DNA of 64,000 nucleotides from Escherichia coli (GTDB lineage Bacteria; Pseudomonadota; Gammaproteobacteria; Enterobacterales; Enterobacteriaceae): NCBI RefSeq assembly GCF_022846255.1, contig NZ_AP025682.1; one strand, 5' to 3'. Shown piece by piece: positions 1 to 9,906 of this stretch (position 1 is its first letter; each line of letters starts with the position of its first letter). The notes under the pieces were generated by a model. It saw only the letters and a program-made list of their open reading frames with translations, ran no database searches and was not told where the DNA came from. The position numbers and the translations under genes were made by a program.

Positions 1-293
1 CACTGACTCAGACTAAAATAAGAGGCGGGTAGTCTAGTGCCGGGGCGCTCTCCCTGCAACCTTTACCCTCCTTGATGGATGACATAATCTATACACAAAA
101 TCATTCAAGATGCATCGAGATGGCAACTGAATGAGTCCCCAGGAGCTTACATTAAGTAAGTGACTGGGGTGAGTGACAAATCTGTCCGGAACAGATTTGA
201 ACACCGTGTAACGGTGGCCCGTAAGGGCGAGGCTCATGGATGAGCCGAGTAACTAGCAGCCAACGAAGAGGCAGTTTGAAGGATGAAGTGTAT

Positions 294-875
294 ATGAATT
301 TTTTAGCTCACCTGCATTTAGCCCATCTCGCGGAAAGCTCGCTTTCCGGCAATTTGCTGGCTGATTTCGTACGCGGAAATCCTGAAGAAAGTTTTCCGCC
401 CGACGTCGTGGCTGGCATTCATATGCATCGGCGCATTGATGTACTAACCGACAATCTGCCGGAAGTCCGCGAAGCACGGGAATGGTTTCGTAGTGAAACG
501 CGCCGCGTTGCGCCTATTACCCTGGATGTCATGTGGGATCACTTTCTTTCCCGCCACTGGTCGCAGCTGTCGCCGGACTTTCCGCTACAGGAATTTGTCT
601 GTTATGCCCGCGAGCAAGTGATGACGATTTTGCCGGACTCACCGCCACGTTTTATCAATCTGAACAATTACTTGTGGTCAGAGCAGTGGCTGGTGCGCTA
701 TCGCGATATGGATTTCATCCAGAACGTGTTAAACGGCATGGCAAGCCGTCGCCCACGTCTGGATGCCCTGCGTGACTCCTGGTACGATTTAAACGCACAT
801 TATGCCGCCCTCGAAACCCGCTTCTGGCAGTTTTATCCGCGGATGATGGCGCAGGCGTCACGCAAGGCGCTCTGA
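294..875 (+). CDS. acpH: acyl carrier protein phosphodiesterase AcpH
   Basis: Translation [32 protein letters not shown]... matches remembered AcpH (YajB); 193 aa from the ATG at 294. The ORF track's 240 start is an in-frame upstream extension. Confidence 0.9.
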   Translation: MNFLAHLHLAHLAESSLSGNLLADFVRGNPEESFPPDVVAGIHMHRRIDVLTDNLPEVREAREWFRSETRRVAPITLDVMWDHFLSRHWSQLSPDFPLQEFVCYAREQVMTILPDSPPRFINLNNYLWSEQWLVRYRDMDFIQNVLNGMASRRPRLDALRDSWYDLNAHYAALETRFWQFYPRMMAQASRKAL

Positions 876-895
876 AACTTCAAGCTCCGGCATCA

Positions 896-2341
896 CTATT
901 TTTTAGCATTCGCATCCAGCGGGGCGGCATAACAACTGTAAGAAAAACATTCGCTGGAATGATTGGCGATATCTTTAAAGTTGCTTTCAGCAACCCCCTC
1001 GAACATGAGTACCGTTCTGGATAACTCTCCGTTGTCATTTATATGTGGAAAATCAAATTGTGTACTGAATCGCCATACATCTGTCTTTTCTGGCTCGCTG
1101 TTCACAGAGATACGTCGATGGATGGCTCCTCCTGAAAACGTGCGCCAGAACAATTGTTGATCAAAATCTTGTAATATCGCACACTTGGATGCTATTTGAC
1201 GTAGTAAACCTGCATACCGTGGACTGCCATTACGAGCAACATTATGCAAACCCTGACTAAAAGCATCAAACAAACAATAGATATGATCACTAGTGAAAAA
1301 AGGTCTTAATTTTTTTTGTTCTTCATCGCTGTAATCCAGGAGCATCTCATTGATTTCTTCCGGTGAGAATTTTAAGACAAAATTATCCTCAGGATTTGTT
1401 TCTTTCTTGTTTTTTTCACTATTCTTCTCCTCAATGGTCTTCGCATTTTGTTTCGCAATTTTTTTCGCATTTTCTTCCTCAGTTTTTTTCGCAATTTTTT
1501 CCCGAGTTTTTGGTTTTAGACTAACACCATCGATGTCAACCGGTGTTGTTTTCAGATCTCTCTGCGCGTCTTTCAAATTTGTCTTATAGAGATCGGGCAC
1601 TTTATCGGCAGATAAGTATCCGGATGAAGAAATCTGGTGTGTACGCATGGGGGGCTGTTCACAAAGCATCGAGGCTATATCGTCTTTAAACTCTTTTACA
1701 TTAAAGTTATCGGCATTAACCTTCCCTGTTATAAACCCCGCATCGGCAATTTTCTTCTCTAATTGTTTTGTACGTTTAGAATAATAAGCGTTGTTATCAT
1801 AAAACTTTTCAAGAAGGGCCCACTCCTCAAGCTGCCTTATGTGATTTTTCAACTGTTGATGATCTATTTTATATTCATGTGTACTAGAATCATTTTGGTT
1901 GCAAGAGTTACAGATTTTTAAGCATAATTTTCCATCAGATTTATCATCTATGGTATCAGTGAAAATATAGGACACTTCAATATTCTGCCCGTTCTTATCA
2001 GTCATCTCATATGACCATTGCCCCGTTCGTTTCGCATTCTTAATGAGTTCGATGGACTCTGCAGGACAACCATGAAGAATGGGCAGAATTTTATCAGGAT
2101 GCTTAATGAGTAAAATCATTATATTTACAATATTTGAAAAGAAATCTTTGCTATTTTTTATTTCATCGATTTTTTCCGCTGAAATGTTTACTAAGTTTTC
2201 ATTTCCGGAAATGAAAAGCAATTTGCCATGGGGGCTTTTTTTAAATTGTTCTTCTGTTTTAGAAAAGACATCCTCTTTAAAAGGTGGCAACTCAGTACCA
2301 GTAATAAACGGTTTCAATAAATTCGAATTTGAAATTGTCAT
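896..2341 (-). CDS. hypothetical protein, 481 aa, no K-12 counterpart at this locus; low-GC, K/E-rich repetitive central segment
   Basis: Uninterrupted 1446-nt ORF; ATG at 2339-2341 (minus) preceded by GGAG about 7 nt upstream; visibly AT-rich relative to flanking malZ and acpH; lies in a junction that is gene-free in K-12 as I recall it. No recognisable family by eye. Confidence 0.7.
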   Translation of the reverse strand: MTISNSNLLKPFITGTELPPFKEDVFSKTEEQFKKSPHGKLLFISGNENLVNISAEKIDEIKNSKDFFSNIVNIMILLIKHPDKILPILHGCPAESIELIKNAKRTGQWSYEMTDKNGQNIEVSYIFTDTIDDKSDGKLCLKICNSCNQNDSSTHEYKIDHQQLKNHIRQLEEWALLEKFYDNNAYYSKRTKQLEKKIADAGFITGKVNADNFNVKEFKDDIASMLCEQPPMRTHQISSSGYLSADKVPDLYKTNLKDAQRDLKTTPVDIDGVSLKPKTREKIAKKTEEENAKKIAKQNAKTIEEKNSEKNKKETNPEDNFVLKFSPEEINEMLLDYSDEEQKKLRPFFTSDHIYCLFDAFSQGLHNVARNGSPRYAGLLRQIASKCAILQDFDQQLFWRTFSGGAIHRRISVNSEPEKTDVWRFSTQFDFPHINDNGELSRTVLMFEGVAESNFKDIANHSSECFSYSCYAAPLDANAKK

Positions 2342-2398
2342 ATCTTTGCTCCACTACAGGGTTATCCTGGAGCATGTTGTACATAACCTCATGGGCAA

Positions 2399-2407
2399 AG
2401 AATACCA
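2399..2407 (-). promoter_or_regulatory. possible extended -10 element (TGgTATTCT) upstream of the 481-aa ORF
   Basis: Minus-strand TGGTATTCT lies about 60 nt upstream of the ORF start; no convincing -35. Weak, pattern-based only. Confidence 0.2.
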
Positions 2408-2447
2408 AAAATCGCTCATATCGATCGGGACAAATATTTAACAAACT

Positions 2448-2493
2448 CAGCCCTGACATTGTGCAGATTTTTCGCTGCGTAGTGTCAGGGCTG
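2448..2493 (-). terminator. inverted repeat (11-bp arms CAGCCCTGACA/TGTCAGGGCTG, about 24-nt loop) just downstream of malZ stop
   Basis: Perfect 11-bp arms read directly from the sequence; about 35 nt 3' of the malZ stop. The loop is large and the downstream U-tract is poor, so terminator function is uncertain. Confidence 0.35.
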
Positions 2494-2526
2494 ATGACTA
2501 ACGACGTAACAAATAAAACAGATGCT

Positions 2527-4344
2527 TTAGTTCATCCATACCGTAGCCGAAATGGCAGGCAAAGCCAGAATCCCGTCTGTCAGTTGCCCATGGCCTTCTT
2601 TGCGTTGCCATTGCGCAACATTAAGCAACGGTGACGCGGGTAGCACCACTTCACAGGCTTCTCCACGGTTGATTGCCACCAGTACACGCTGCTGATTCAG
2701 CACGCGGCCAAATACCACCACGTTATCTTCCGCATACAGCACCTGACAGCCGCCACGACGCAGCGCCTGACTTTTCTTACGCAGCGCAATCATTCGCTGG
2801 TACAGCGCGAATAACGCCGTATCCTGCTTTTCCACCTGCCAGGGGAACGGTTTACGGCAAAACGGATCGTTTTTACCATCCAGTCCCACTTCATCACCGT
2901 AATAAATGCACGGTACACCAGGCCAGGTGAACAACCAGACCACCGCCAGCGGCAGGCGCGCAATATCCCGACCGAGCAGCGTTTTAAATCGCGCAGTATC
3001 GTGGCTATCGAGCTGATTAAACATACGTAATTGCTGTTGATGAGAAAGCCCTGCGCGGTAATTATCCATCCAGGCCATACAGGTTTGGGCGTCAATTTGC
3101 TGCGGATCATAAGAGATATCGGTGTTGGCGAGAAATCCCCACAACGGGAATGTGAAGCCGCGATAGTTCATGGCGGCATCTTCCACATCGGCCTGTAACC
3201 ATTGCCGTGCATCGCCAAAATGCTCTCCGACAATATACGCTTCCGGCTGAGTTTCTTTCGCCGCTTCGGTGATCCCAGCAACGTGCTGCAAATTATTGCG
3301 CGCCCCACCCGCTTCCCCCAGCATATGCACCACATCCAGCCGCCAGCCGTCCATATTCCACGGCGCTTTCAGCCAGTGGCGGACAATACTGTCTTCCCCG
3401 CGATAAATTTCATTCACCAGACTTTCCGACTGATAATCCAGCTTCGGCAAGCTGGCATAGCCCAGCCAGTCGAGCGCCGTGCCATCATCACTAAACGAGT
3501 ACCAGTCGCGCCAGGGCGATTCGGGGTTGTGACAAGCTCCCCCCGTGCCACGATTGTGCCTGTCAAACCAGGCATGGGAATCGCCACTGTGGTTAAACAC
3601 GCCGTCCAGCACCAGTCGCATTCCCAGCTGCTGCGTATTGTGTCGCAAACGCAGCAACGCCCCATCACCGCCAAACTGCGGATCGACATGGCGATAATCC
3701 TCGGTATCGTATTTATGCACGCTGGGAGCTTTAAACACCGGATTGAGATACAGCGCCGTCACGCCAAGTTTTTTCAGATACGGCAGTTTTTCACTTATCC
3801 CGTCCAGATCGCCGCCATAGAACGTTGATCCGCCAGCCTGCGCCGTGACCGGTTCATCCCAGTCACGCAATATGATCTCTTGTCCGGCTGCGTGATGGTA
3901 ATAGACATGATCCTGTTCAGCTTCACGAGGAAGATTACGGGCGAAACGATCAGGGAAGATCTGATAAAAAATCTGATCCGCAGCCCATTGTGGGCCGATA
4001 TCCGGTACATCAATGGCAAACTGCTCCAGTCGTGCTGGCGGCATTCGGCTGAAGCCTTGCGGTGTAAACCAACGCTGGCGATCGTGCCACAGCAATTTGA
4101 AACTATAACGCCGCCGAGGTTGTCCGCTGGAGAGATCGATCGCCGCCCGCCATGCGGTGACGCCAGGCTGCGGCTGACTGCGCTGCTTATGCATCGGTAC
4201 TGACATTTCTTCGTTATCGTGTTCTGTACGCAGCATAATGCGCTGCGGTGGGTCTTCGCCCGTCAGCCACAGTGTAATGAGCAGTTGATCTTTGCTTTGT
4301 TTAACAAATGGGGGCACCGGCAGATGCCATGCATTTAACATCAT
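2527..4344 (-). CDS. malZ: maltodextrin glucosidase MalZ
   Basis: Translation [45 protein letters not shown]... matches remembered MalZ; alpha-amylase family. The ORF begins MM, so the true start may be 3 nt in. Confidence 0.93.
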   Translation of the reverse strand: MMLNAWHLPVPPFVKQSKDQLLITLWLTGEDPPQRIMLRTEHDNEEMSVPMHKQRSQPQPGVTAWRAAIDLSSGQPRRRYSFKLLWHDRQRWFTPQGFSRMPPARLEQFAIDVPDIGPQWAADQIFYQIFPDRFARNLPREAEQDHVYYHHAAGQEIILRDWDEPVTAQAGGSTFYGGDLDGISEKLPYLKKLGVTALYLNPVFKAPSVHKYDTEDYRHVDPQFGGDGALLRLRHNTQQLGMRLVLDGVFNHSGDSHAWFDRHNRGTGGACHNPESPWRDWYSFSDDGTALDWLGYASLPKLDYQSESLVNEIYRGEDSIVRHWLKAPWNMDGWRLDVVHMLGEAGGARNNLQHVAGITEAAKETQPEAYIVGEHFGDARQWLQADVEDAAMNYRGFTFPLWGFLANTDISYDPQQIDAQTCMAWMDNYRAGLSHQQQLRMFNQLDSHDTARFKTLLGRDIARLPLAVVWLFTWPGVPCIYYGDEVGLDGKNDPFCRKPFPWQVEKQDTALFALYQRMIALRKKSQALRRGGCQVLYAEDNVVVFGRVLNQQRVLVAINRGEACEVVLPASPLLNVAQWQRKEGHGQLTDGILALPAISATVWMN

Positions 4345-4419
4345 AATTCCCCTGTGATGAAAATCTGATCACCTTGCCATAGCCTAATGCAGGATCACTC
4401 ATCATCTGAAGGGTATTTG

Positions 4420-4450
4420 GGGGAGGAGGACGGGGGCGGATAACTTTCGG
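4420..4450 (-). promoter_or_regulatory. putative MalT box region in malZ promoter (G-rich GGGGGAGGAGGACGGGGG)
   Basis: malZ is MalT-dependent (established knowledge); a G-rich motif resembling the MalT box GGGGA(T/G)GAGG lies about 80-110 bp upstream of the malZ start. Exact site not verified. Confidence 0.35.
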
Positions 4451-4499
4451 AATAGCCGGATCAGGATTTCCTCCTGAACCGGCTTACAGAACGCAAGGA

Positions 4500-5876
4500 T
4501 TACTGGTTTTCAGCCAGCTGACGATCGTGGCGGCGCTTAAACATCCAGCCAATCAACAGCACAACAATCCACGCGAAACCGACATACAGCGAGATACGCG
4601 TATCAGGGTGATAACCAATCAACCCGATAATAAAGAGCAGGAAAATCAAACCGCCGATGGTCGTTGCTACCCCACCCGGCACTTTAAATTTCAGCGCCTT
4701 AACTTCTTCTGGCGGCAAACGGCGACGGAAGGCGATTTGCGACAGCAGGATCATAATCCACACCCACACCGTGGCGAAGGTTGCCAGCGAAGCGATCACC
4801 AGGAAGACGTTTTCCGGCATGATGTAGTTCAGATACACCGCAAACAGCAGCGCGGTAGTCATCACCAGCACCGTAACCCACGGAATACCGCGACGCGAGG
4901 TTTTGCTGAAAATTTTTGGCGCGCTGCCCTGCTCTGCCATACCGTGGAGCATACGGCCTACACCAAATACGTCACTGTTAATTGCCGACAGCGAAGCGGT
5001 CAGCACAACAAAGTTAAGAATGCTGGCGGCAAAGGTAATGCCCATATGCTGGAACGTCAGCACAAACGGGCTACCGGCAGTGCCAACCTGATTCCACGGG
5101 TAGATAGACATAATGACGAACAGCGTACCGACGTAGAACACCAGAATACGCATCGGCACGGAGTTAATCGCACGCGGAATCGATTTCTCAGGATCTTTCG
5201 CTTCACCGGCGGTAATCCCGATAATTTCGATCCCACCGTAAGCAAACATCACCATTTGCAACGACATCACCATACCAAGCCAGCCGTTACTGAAGAAGCC
5301 GCCGTTGCTCCACAGGTTATGAATACCGGTCGGTTGCCCGCCGTTGCCAATCCCCCAGATGATGATGCCGAAACCGGCGACAATCATGATGATGATAGTG
5401 GCGACTTTAAAGAACGAGAACCAGAACTCCAGCTCACCGAATACCTTCACGCTCATCAGGTTTACGGCGCAAATGATCAGCACCACACTCAGTACCCAAA
5501 TCCAGTGCGGCACCGTCGGGAACCAGACACCCATATAGATACCAAAAGCGGTCACATCGGCGATGGCGACAATAAGGATTTCAAAGCAGTAGGTCCAGCC
5601 GGTAATGTAACCTGCCAGCGGGCCGAGGTTTTCCTGCGCATAACGCGAGAAAGAGCTGGCTGCCGGGTTATGTACCGACATTTCCCCCAGCGCACGCATA
5701 ATGATATACGCCGCGATACCACCGATAATATAGGCCAACAACACGCTTGGACCGGCCATTTTGATGGCATCTGCCGAACCGTAAAACAGCCCGGTGCCAA
5801 TTGCTGAACCCAGTGCCATAAAGCGTATGTGTCGGGTACTTAGCCCACGCTTTAGCTTGTTCTTACTTTCCATCAA
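4500..5876 (-). CDS. proY: proline-specific permease ProY (APC family)
   Basis: Translation [52 protein letters not shown]... matches remembered ProY. Confidence 0.93.
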   Translation of the reverse strand: MMESKNKLKRGLSTRHIRFMALGSAIGTGLFYGSADAIKMAGPSVLLAYIIGGIAAYIIMRALGEMSVHNPAASSFSRYAQENLGPLAGYITGWTYCFEILIVAIADVTAFGIYMGVWFPTVPHWIWVLSVVLIICAVNLMSVKVFGELEFWFSFFKVATIIIMIVAGFGIIIWGIGNGGQPTGIHNLWSNGGFFSNGWLGMVMSLQMVMFAYGGIEIIGITAGEAKDPEKSIPRAINSVPMRILVFYVGTLFVIMSIYPWNQVGTAGSPFVLTFQHMGITFAASILNFVVLTASLSAINSDVFGVGRMLHGMAEQGSAPKIFSKTSRRGIPWVTVLVMTTALLFAVYLNYIMPENVFLVIASLATFATVWVWIMILLSQIAFRRRLPPEEVKALKFKVPGGVATTIGGLIFLLFIIGLIGYHPDTRISLYVGFAWIVVLLIGWMFKRRHDRQLAENQ

Positions 5877-5948
5877 TTCCTAACCCATCAACACAATAAA
5901 AAACCACGGGGCATCGCAGCCCCGTGGTTAAAACAAATATTCAGTGAT

Positions 5949-7268
5949 TTAGTGAGCGCTGGAGGTCACCTGACGACCTGCCGCGCGATCCCAAATAATG
6001 GCCAGAACCACCATCACCACTGTTGGCATTAACCACGCAAGACCTTGTTCGGCCAGCGGTAAGCGCTGCGCCCAGGACGGTAAGATATCGCTGAATGCAG
6101 ATGCTTTGATCCCGTCGAGAATACCAAAAAGCAGGCTGATAAACATCGGCGGAGCAATCACGCGGGACGAATTATGCCACCATGAGCGTGTAAAACTTAA
6201 TACAACCAGTGCGATACACGGCGGATAAATAGCGGTCAGCACCGGTACGGAGATCTGAATCAGCTGGCTCAAGCCGAGGTTAGACACCACCATCGAGAAG
6301 CCGCCGAGGATAAACACCAGCGTACGATAGGAGAGCGGTACGTACTGAGCAAAGAATTCTGCACAAGCACAGGTCAGGCCAACCGCCGTGACCAGGCAGG
6401 CGATAAAGATTAACGCCGCCAGCAGGAAGCTACCGCCGCCGCCAAAGGTGTGCTGAACGTAGGCATGCAGAATAGCCGCACCGTTTGCAGACTGATCGAC
6501 CAGCGACGCGCTGTCTGAACCCAGACGGAACAGTGCAAGGTACAGCAGAGTCAGACCAACACCCGCCATCAGGCCAGCCCAGACGGTATAACGGGTCAGC
6601 AGACGCGCTTCAGTAACGCCACGAGAACGCGCCGCGTTAACAATAACGATACCAAACACCATTGCGCCCAGCGTATCCATGGTCAGATAGCCGTTAACGA
6701 AGCCGTTAGAAAACGCAGCGTTTTGATAAGCCTCAGTCGCCGTGCTGATAGAACCCGCCGGCCAGATAATTGCGGCAACAGACAGGATGACCAGCGCGAT
6801 AATTTTCAACGGTGCAAGGAAGTTGCCGACGGTATCCAGCAGCTTGCCCGGATAGAGCGAAACCAGAATAACGATAGCGAAATAGACCAGGCTGTAGATA
6901 AACAGCGGCAGCGCGGAGTCACCCGTCAGGGGCGCAATGCCCACTTCAAAGGAGACGGTGGCTGTACGCGGCGTAGCGAACAACGGCCCTACAGCCAGGT
7001 AGCAAACCGTTGCCAGCAGTACGCCAGCGACTTTACCGATTGGCGTGCTGAGGCTGTCAACACCGCCGCCAACTTTCGCCAGCGCCACCACCGTTAATAC
7101 CGGCAGGCCAACGGCAGTAATGAGGAAGCCGAATGCCGCAGTCCAGACGTGTTCGCCTGCCTGCAAGCCGACCATTGGAGGGAAAATGATGTTACCTGCG
7201 CCGACGAACAACGCAAATGTCATAAAGCCCAGAGCGATGATATCGCGCGATCTTAATTGATGGGTCAT
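5949..7268 (-). CDS. brnQ: branched-chain amino acid transporter BrnQ (LIVCS family)
   Basis: Translation [42 protein letters not shown]... matches remembered BrnQ; 439 aa. Confidence 0.93.
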   Translation of the reverse strand: MTHQLRSRDIIALGFMTFALFVGAGNIIFPPMVGLQAGEHVWTAAFGFLITAVGLPVLTVVALAKVGGGVDSLSTPIGKVAGVLLATVCYLAVGPLFATPRTATVSFEVGIAPLTGDSALPLFIYSLVYFAIVILVSLYPGKLLDTVGNFLAPLKIIALVILSVAAIIWPAGSISTATEAYQNAAFSNGFVNGYLTMDTLGAMVFGIVIVNAARSRGVTEARLLTRYTVWAGLMAGVGLTLLYLALFRLGSDSASLVDQSANGAAILHAYVQHTFGGGGSFLLAALIFIACLVTAVGLTCACAEFFAQYVPLSYRTLVFILGGFSMVVSNLGLSQLIQISVPVLTAIYPPCIALVVLSFTRSWWHNSSRVIAPPMFISLLFGILDGIKASAFSDILPSWAQRLPLAEQGLAWLMPTVVMVVLAIIWDRAAGRQVTSSAH

Positions 7269-7627
7269 AAATCATACTGCCTGTGGATGTGGTGTTGTAA
7301 CGTTAAATTTTTGTGCCAATCCCTGGGGATGATACAGCGGTATATTTAAACAATTTTAGCGGGAAATACTCCCAACCAGGCGCGGCGAAGAATAGTTTTT
7401 CGATTTACCGCGTAAATGCAGTCAGTATGACAGCACCTGAAGCGCAATTTAAACGCTTATAACGTTTTAAAGCAAGAAGGGATCTAAAAACCAGAGGTAT
7501 ATAGCGATAAGAAATCACCAACCAGTATAAAACACTATTTCAATGAAAAAGACATGGCTAATCATGCGAACAAAAAATCACCAACCATTGTAAAATCTAA
7601 CGCCCGTATTTCGACTGCAAAGAAAAT

Positions 7628-7647
7628 AAGCCAGCATCGGCTGGCTT
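7628..7647 (-). terminator. rho-independent terminator downstream of phoR
   Basis: Hairpin AAGCCAGC-ATCG-GCTGGCTT followed on the minus strand by AUUUUCUUUG; about 28 nt after the phoR stop. Confidence 0.6.
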
Positions 7648-7674
7648 ATGGCAATAAAAGATGACAAAGGCGAA

Positions 7675-8970
7675 TTAATCGCTGTTTTTGGCAATTAAAC
7701 GTTCCGGGATAACAAAACTGAAACGTGTACCTTTTCCTACTGTACTCTCAATATTCAGGCGACTTTCGTGATGATTCACCGCATGTTTCACGATCGCTAA
7801 CCCTAATCCGCTACCACCGGTTTGCCGGGAACGCGCTTTATCAACGCGATAAAAACGCTCGGTCAGGCGCGGAATATGCTCCGGTGCAATGCCCGGTCCG
7901 TTATCTTCAACGCTAAATTCGGCACCGTGCGGCACTCGCTGCCAGCGTACGGTGATATGCGTGCCTTCCGGCGTATGATTCACGGCGTTATAGACCAGGT
8001 TCGAAATCGCACTGCGTAGCTGATCTTCGTTGCCAGACACCTTGAGGCCGTTATCTATCTCAAAGGTAAATGTCTGTTTTTTCTGACTCAGAGTCTGAGC
8101 CTCGCGCTCAACAACGCGCAGCATCATTGGCACATCAACCTTTTCATTGAGCAAATGCGTCGGTGCGGCTTCTATTTTCGACAGCGTCAGCAATTGCTTC
8201 ACCAGCCCTTCCATCCGCTGGGTCTGCTCGCGCATGGTGTGCAACGCTTTTTCACGTACCGCGCCTTCCAGCGGTTGCTCATCCATCATCTCCAGGTAAC
8301 CCTGTAACACGGTCAATGGCGTACGTAACTCATGGCTCACGTTGGCAAAAAAGTTACGCCGCGCCCCTTCCAGTTGATGCATTTGCGTGACATCACGCGC
8401 CACCATCAGCAACTGTTTGTGGGTATAAGGCATGACGCGAATTTCCAGATGCCGCCCGGTGTTGAGCACCAGATTAAGCGGGCGAGAAAAATCACGCGTT
8501 TTCAGATATTGCGTAAACTCCGGGTAACGCAGCAAGTTAAGGATGTTCTGCCCGTTATCTTCCGGCCAGCGCAAGCCAAGAATCTGTTGCGCCAGACCGT
8601 TGCACCAGAAAATACCGCCCTCTTCCGTGGTCAGCACCACCGCGTCGGGCAGCGACTCCGCGCCGCTACGAAAGCGTTTAATCAGATTGCCCAGTTCGCG
8701 GCGGCGTTTTTTATTTCGCAACTGCATCTGGTGTAATCCGTATAGCAGCGGTTCCCAGCTACCACGTCCCGGTGGCGGGGTCATACTACGATCCACCCAC
8801 AGCCACCATGAAAGGCGCAATAAATTCCAGAAATGCCAGATAAGCAGTCCTGTTACCGATGCCAGCAAAAACCAGGGCAGGTAACCAAAAAATGCACCCA
8901 GGATGAAAGCCGGGAGGCAGCAAAGTAGCAGCTCCAGCACCAGCCTTTTCCACGACAGCCGTTCCAGCAC
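7675..8970 (-). CDS. phoR: phosphate regulon sensor histidine kinase PhoR
   Basis: Translation [53 protein letters not shown]... matches remembered PhoR; 431 aa. Confidence 0.95.
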   Translation of the reverse strand: MLERLSWKRLVLELLLCCLPAFILGAFFGYLPWFLLASVTGLLIWHFWNLLRLSWWLWVDRSMTPPPGRGSWEPLLYGLHQMQLRNKKRRRELGNLIKRFRSGAESLPDAVVLTTEEGGIFWCNGLAQQILGLRWPEDNGQNILNLLRYPEFTQYLKTRDFSRPLNLVLNTGRHLEIRVMPYTHKQLLMVARDVTQMHQLEGARRNFFANVSHELRTPLTVLQGYLEMMDEQPLEGAVREKALHTMREQTQRMEGLVKQLLTLSKIEAAPTHLLNEKVDVPMMLRVVEREAQTLSQKKQTFTFEIDNGLKVSGNEDQLRSAISNLVYNAVNHTPEGTHITVRWQRVPHGAEFSVEDNGPGIAPEHIPRLTERFYRVDKARSRQTGGSGLGLAIVKHAVNHHESRLNIESTVGKGTRFSFVIPERLIAKNSD

Positions 8971-9027
8971 GTAAGATACTCCAGTTAAGAATTCATAAGC
9001 CCTGCTCTGCGTCCGATGAGCAAGGCG

Positions 9028-9717
9028 TTAAAAGCGGGTTGAAAAACGATATCCTGTACCGCGCACGGTCTGCACCATGCGGTCATGCCCGCCGGGCTCC
9101 AGTGCTTTACGCAGGCGACGAATGTGGACATCGACTGTACGATCTTCCACATACACGTTGGTTCCCCAGACGTGGTTTAACAGCTGCTCGCGGCTGTACA
9201 CGCGCTCAGGATGCGTCATAAAAAAGTGCAGCAGTTTAAATTCTGTCGGCCCCATCTCCAGCGGCTCTTCGCCCGCCATCACCCGGTGAGATGTCGGGTC
9301 GAGGCTTAGCCCCTGCATCTCAATCACCTCTTCCACCGCCATCGGCGAAATACGGCGCATTACCGCTTTGATTCGCGCCACCAGCTCCTTCGGCGAAAAC
9401 GGCTTGGTGATATAGTCATCCGCACCGGTTTCAAGGCCGCGCACGCGATCTTCTTCTTCCCCTCTGGCGGTCAACATCACCACTGGAATATCCCGGGTCA
9501 TCGACTCGCGCTTGAGGTGTTTGATGAACTGGATACCGGAGCCGCCAGGTAACATCCAGTCAAGGAGAATTAAATCCGGCCAGGGTTCATTCAGTTGATT
9601 CACAGCACTGTCATAATCTTCCGCTTCGACCGGCTGAAAGCCATTTTGTTCGAGCACGAAGCAGACCATTTCGCGAATTGGTGCTTCATCTTCTACGACC
9701 AGAATACGTCTCGCCAT
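9028..9717 (-). CDS. phoB: phosphate regulon response regulator PhoB
   Basis: Translation [61 protein letters not shown]... matches remembered PhoB; 229 aa. Confidence 0.96.
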
Positions 9718-9770
9718 GATTTGCCCTGTTGTAATAAATAGGTTGCGATCATTAATGCGACGTCATTATG

Positions 9771-9799
9771 CGTCAGATTTATGACAGATTTATGAAAAG
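9771..9799 (-). promoter_or_regulatory. Pho box in phoB promoter (TTTTCATAAATCTGTCATAAATCTGACG on the minus strand)
   Basis: Two tandem CTGTCAT-type repeats matching the classic phoB Pho box, positioned upstream of the phoB start. Confidence 0.8.
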
Positions 9800-9906
9800 C
9801 TCGTCGCACATATCTTCAGGTTATTGATTTCCGTGGCGCAGAAAAAAGCAAATGGCACATCTGTTTGGGTATAATCGCGCCCATGCTTTTTCGCCAGGGA
9901 ACCGTT

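Noticed and set aside
34-237. 67-aa minus-strand ORF upstream of acpH
   Set aside because: No recognisable protein and no ribosome-binding site; lies in a probable promoter region.
1350-1589. 79-aa Phe-rich ORF antisense to the novel gene
   Set aside because: Produced by reading the lysine-rich AAA/GAA repeat region in reverse (TTT/TTC); not an independent gene.
3202-3828. 208-aa antisense ORF within malZ (and similar overlapping ORFs in phoR, sbcC, mhpA, lacZ, prpE)
   Set aside because: All lie opposite well-supported conserved genes and lack start signals; treated as spurious.
4527-5807. 426-aa antisense ORF fully overlapping proY
   Set aside because: Opposite strand of a confidently identified conserved permease; the translation is Arg/His/Gln-rich low-complexity text typical of antisense frames, with no start context.
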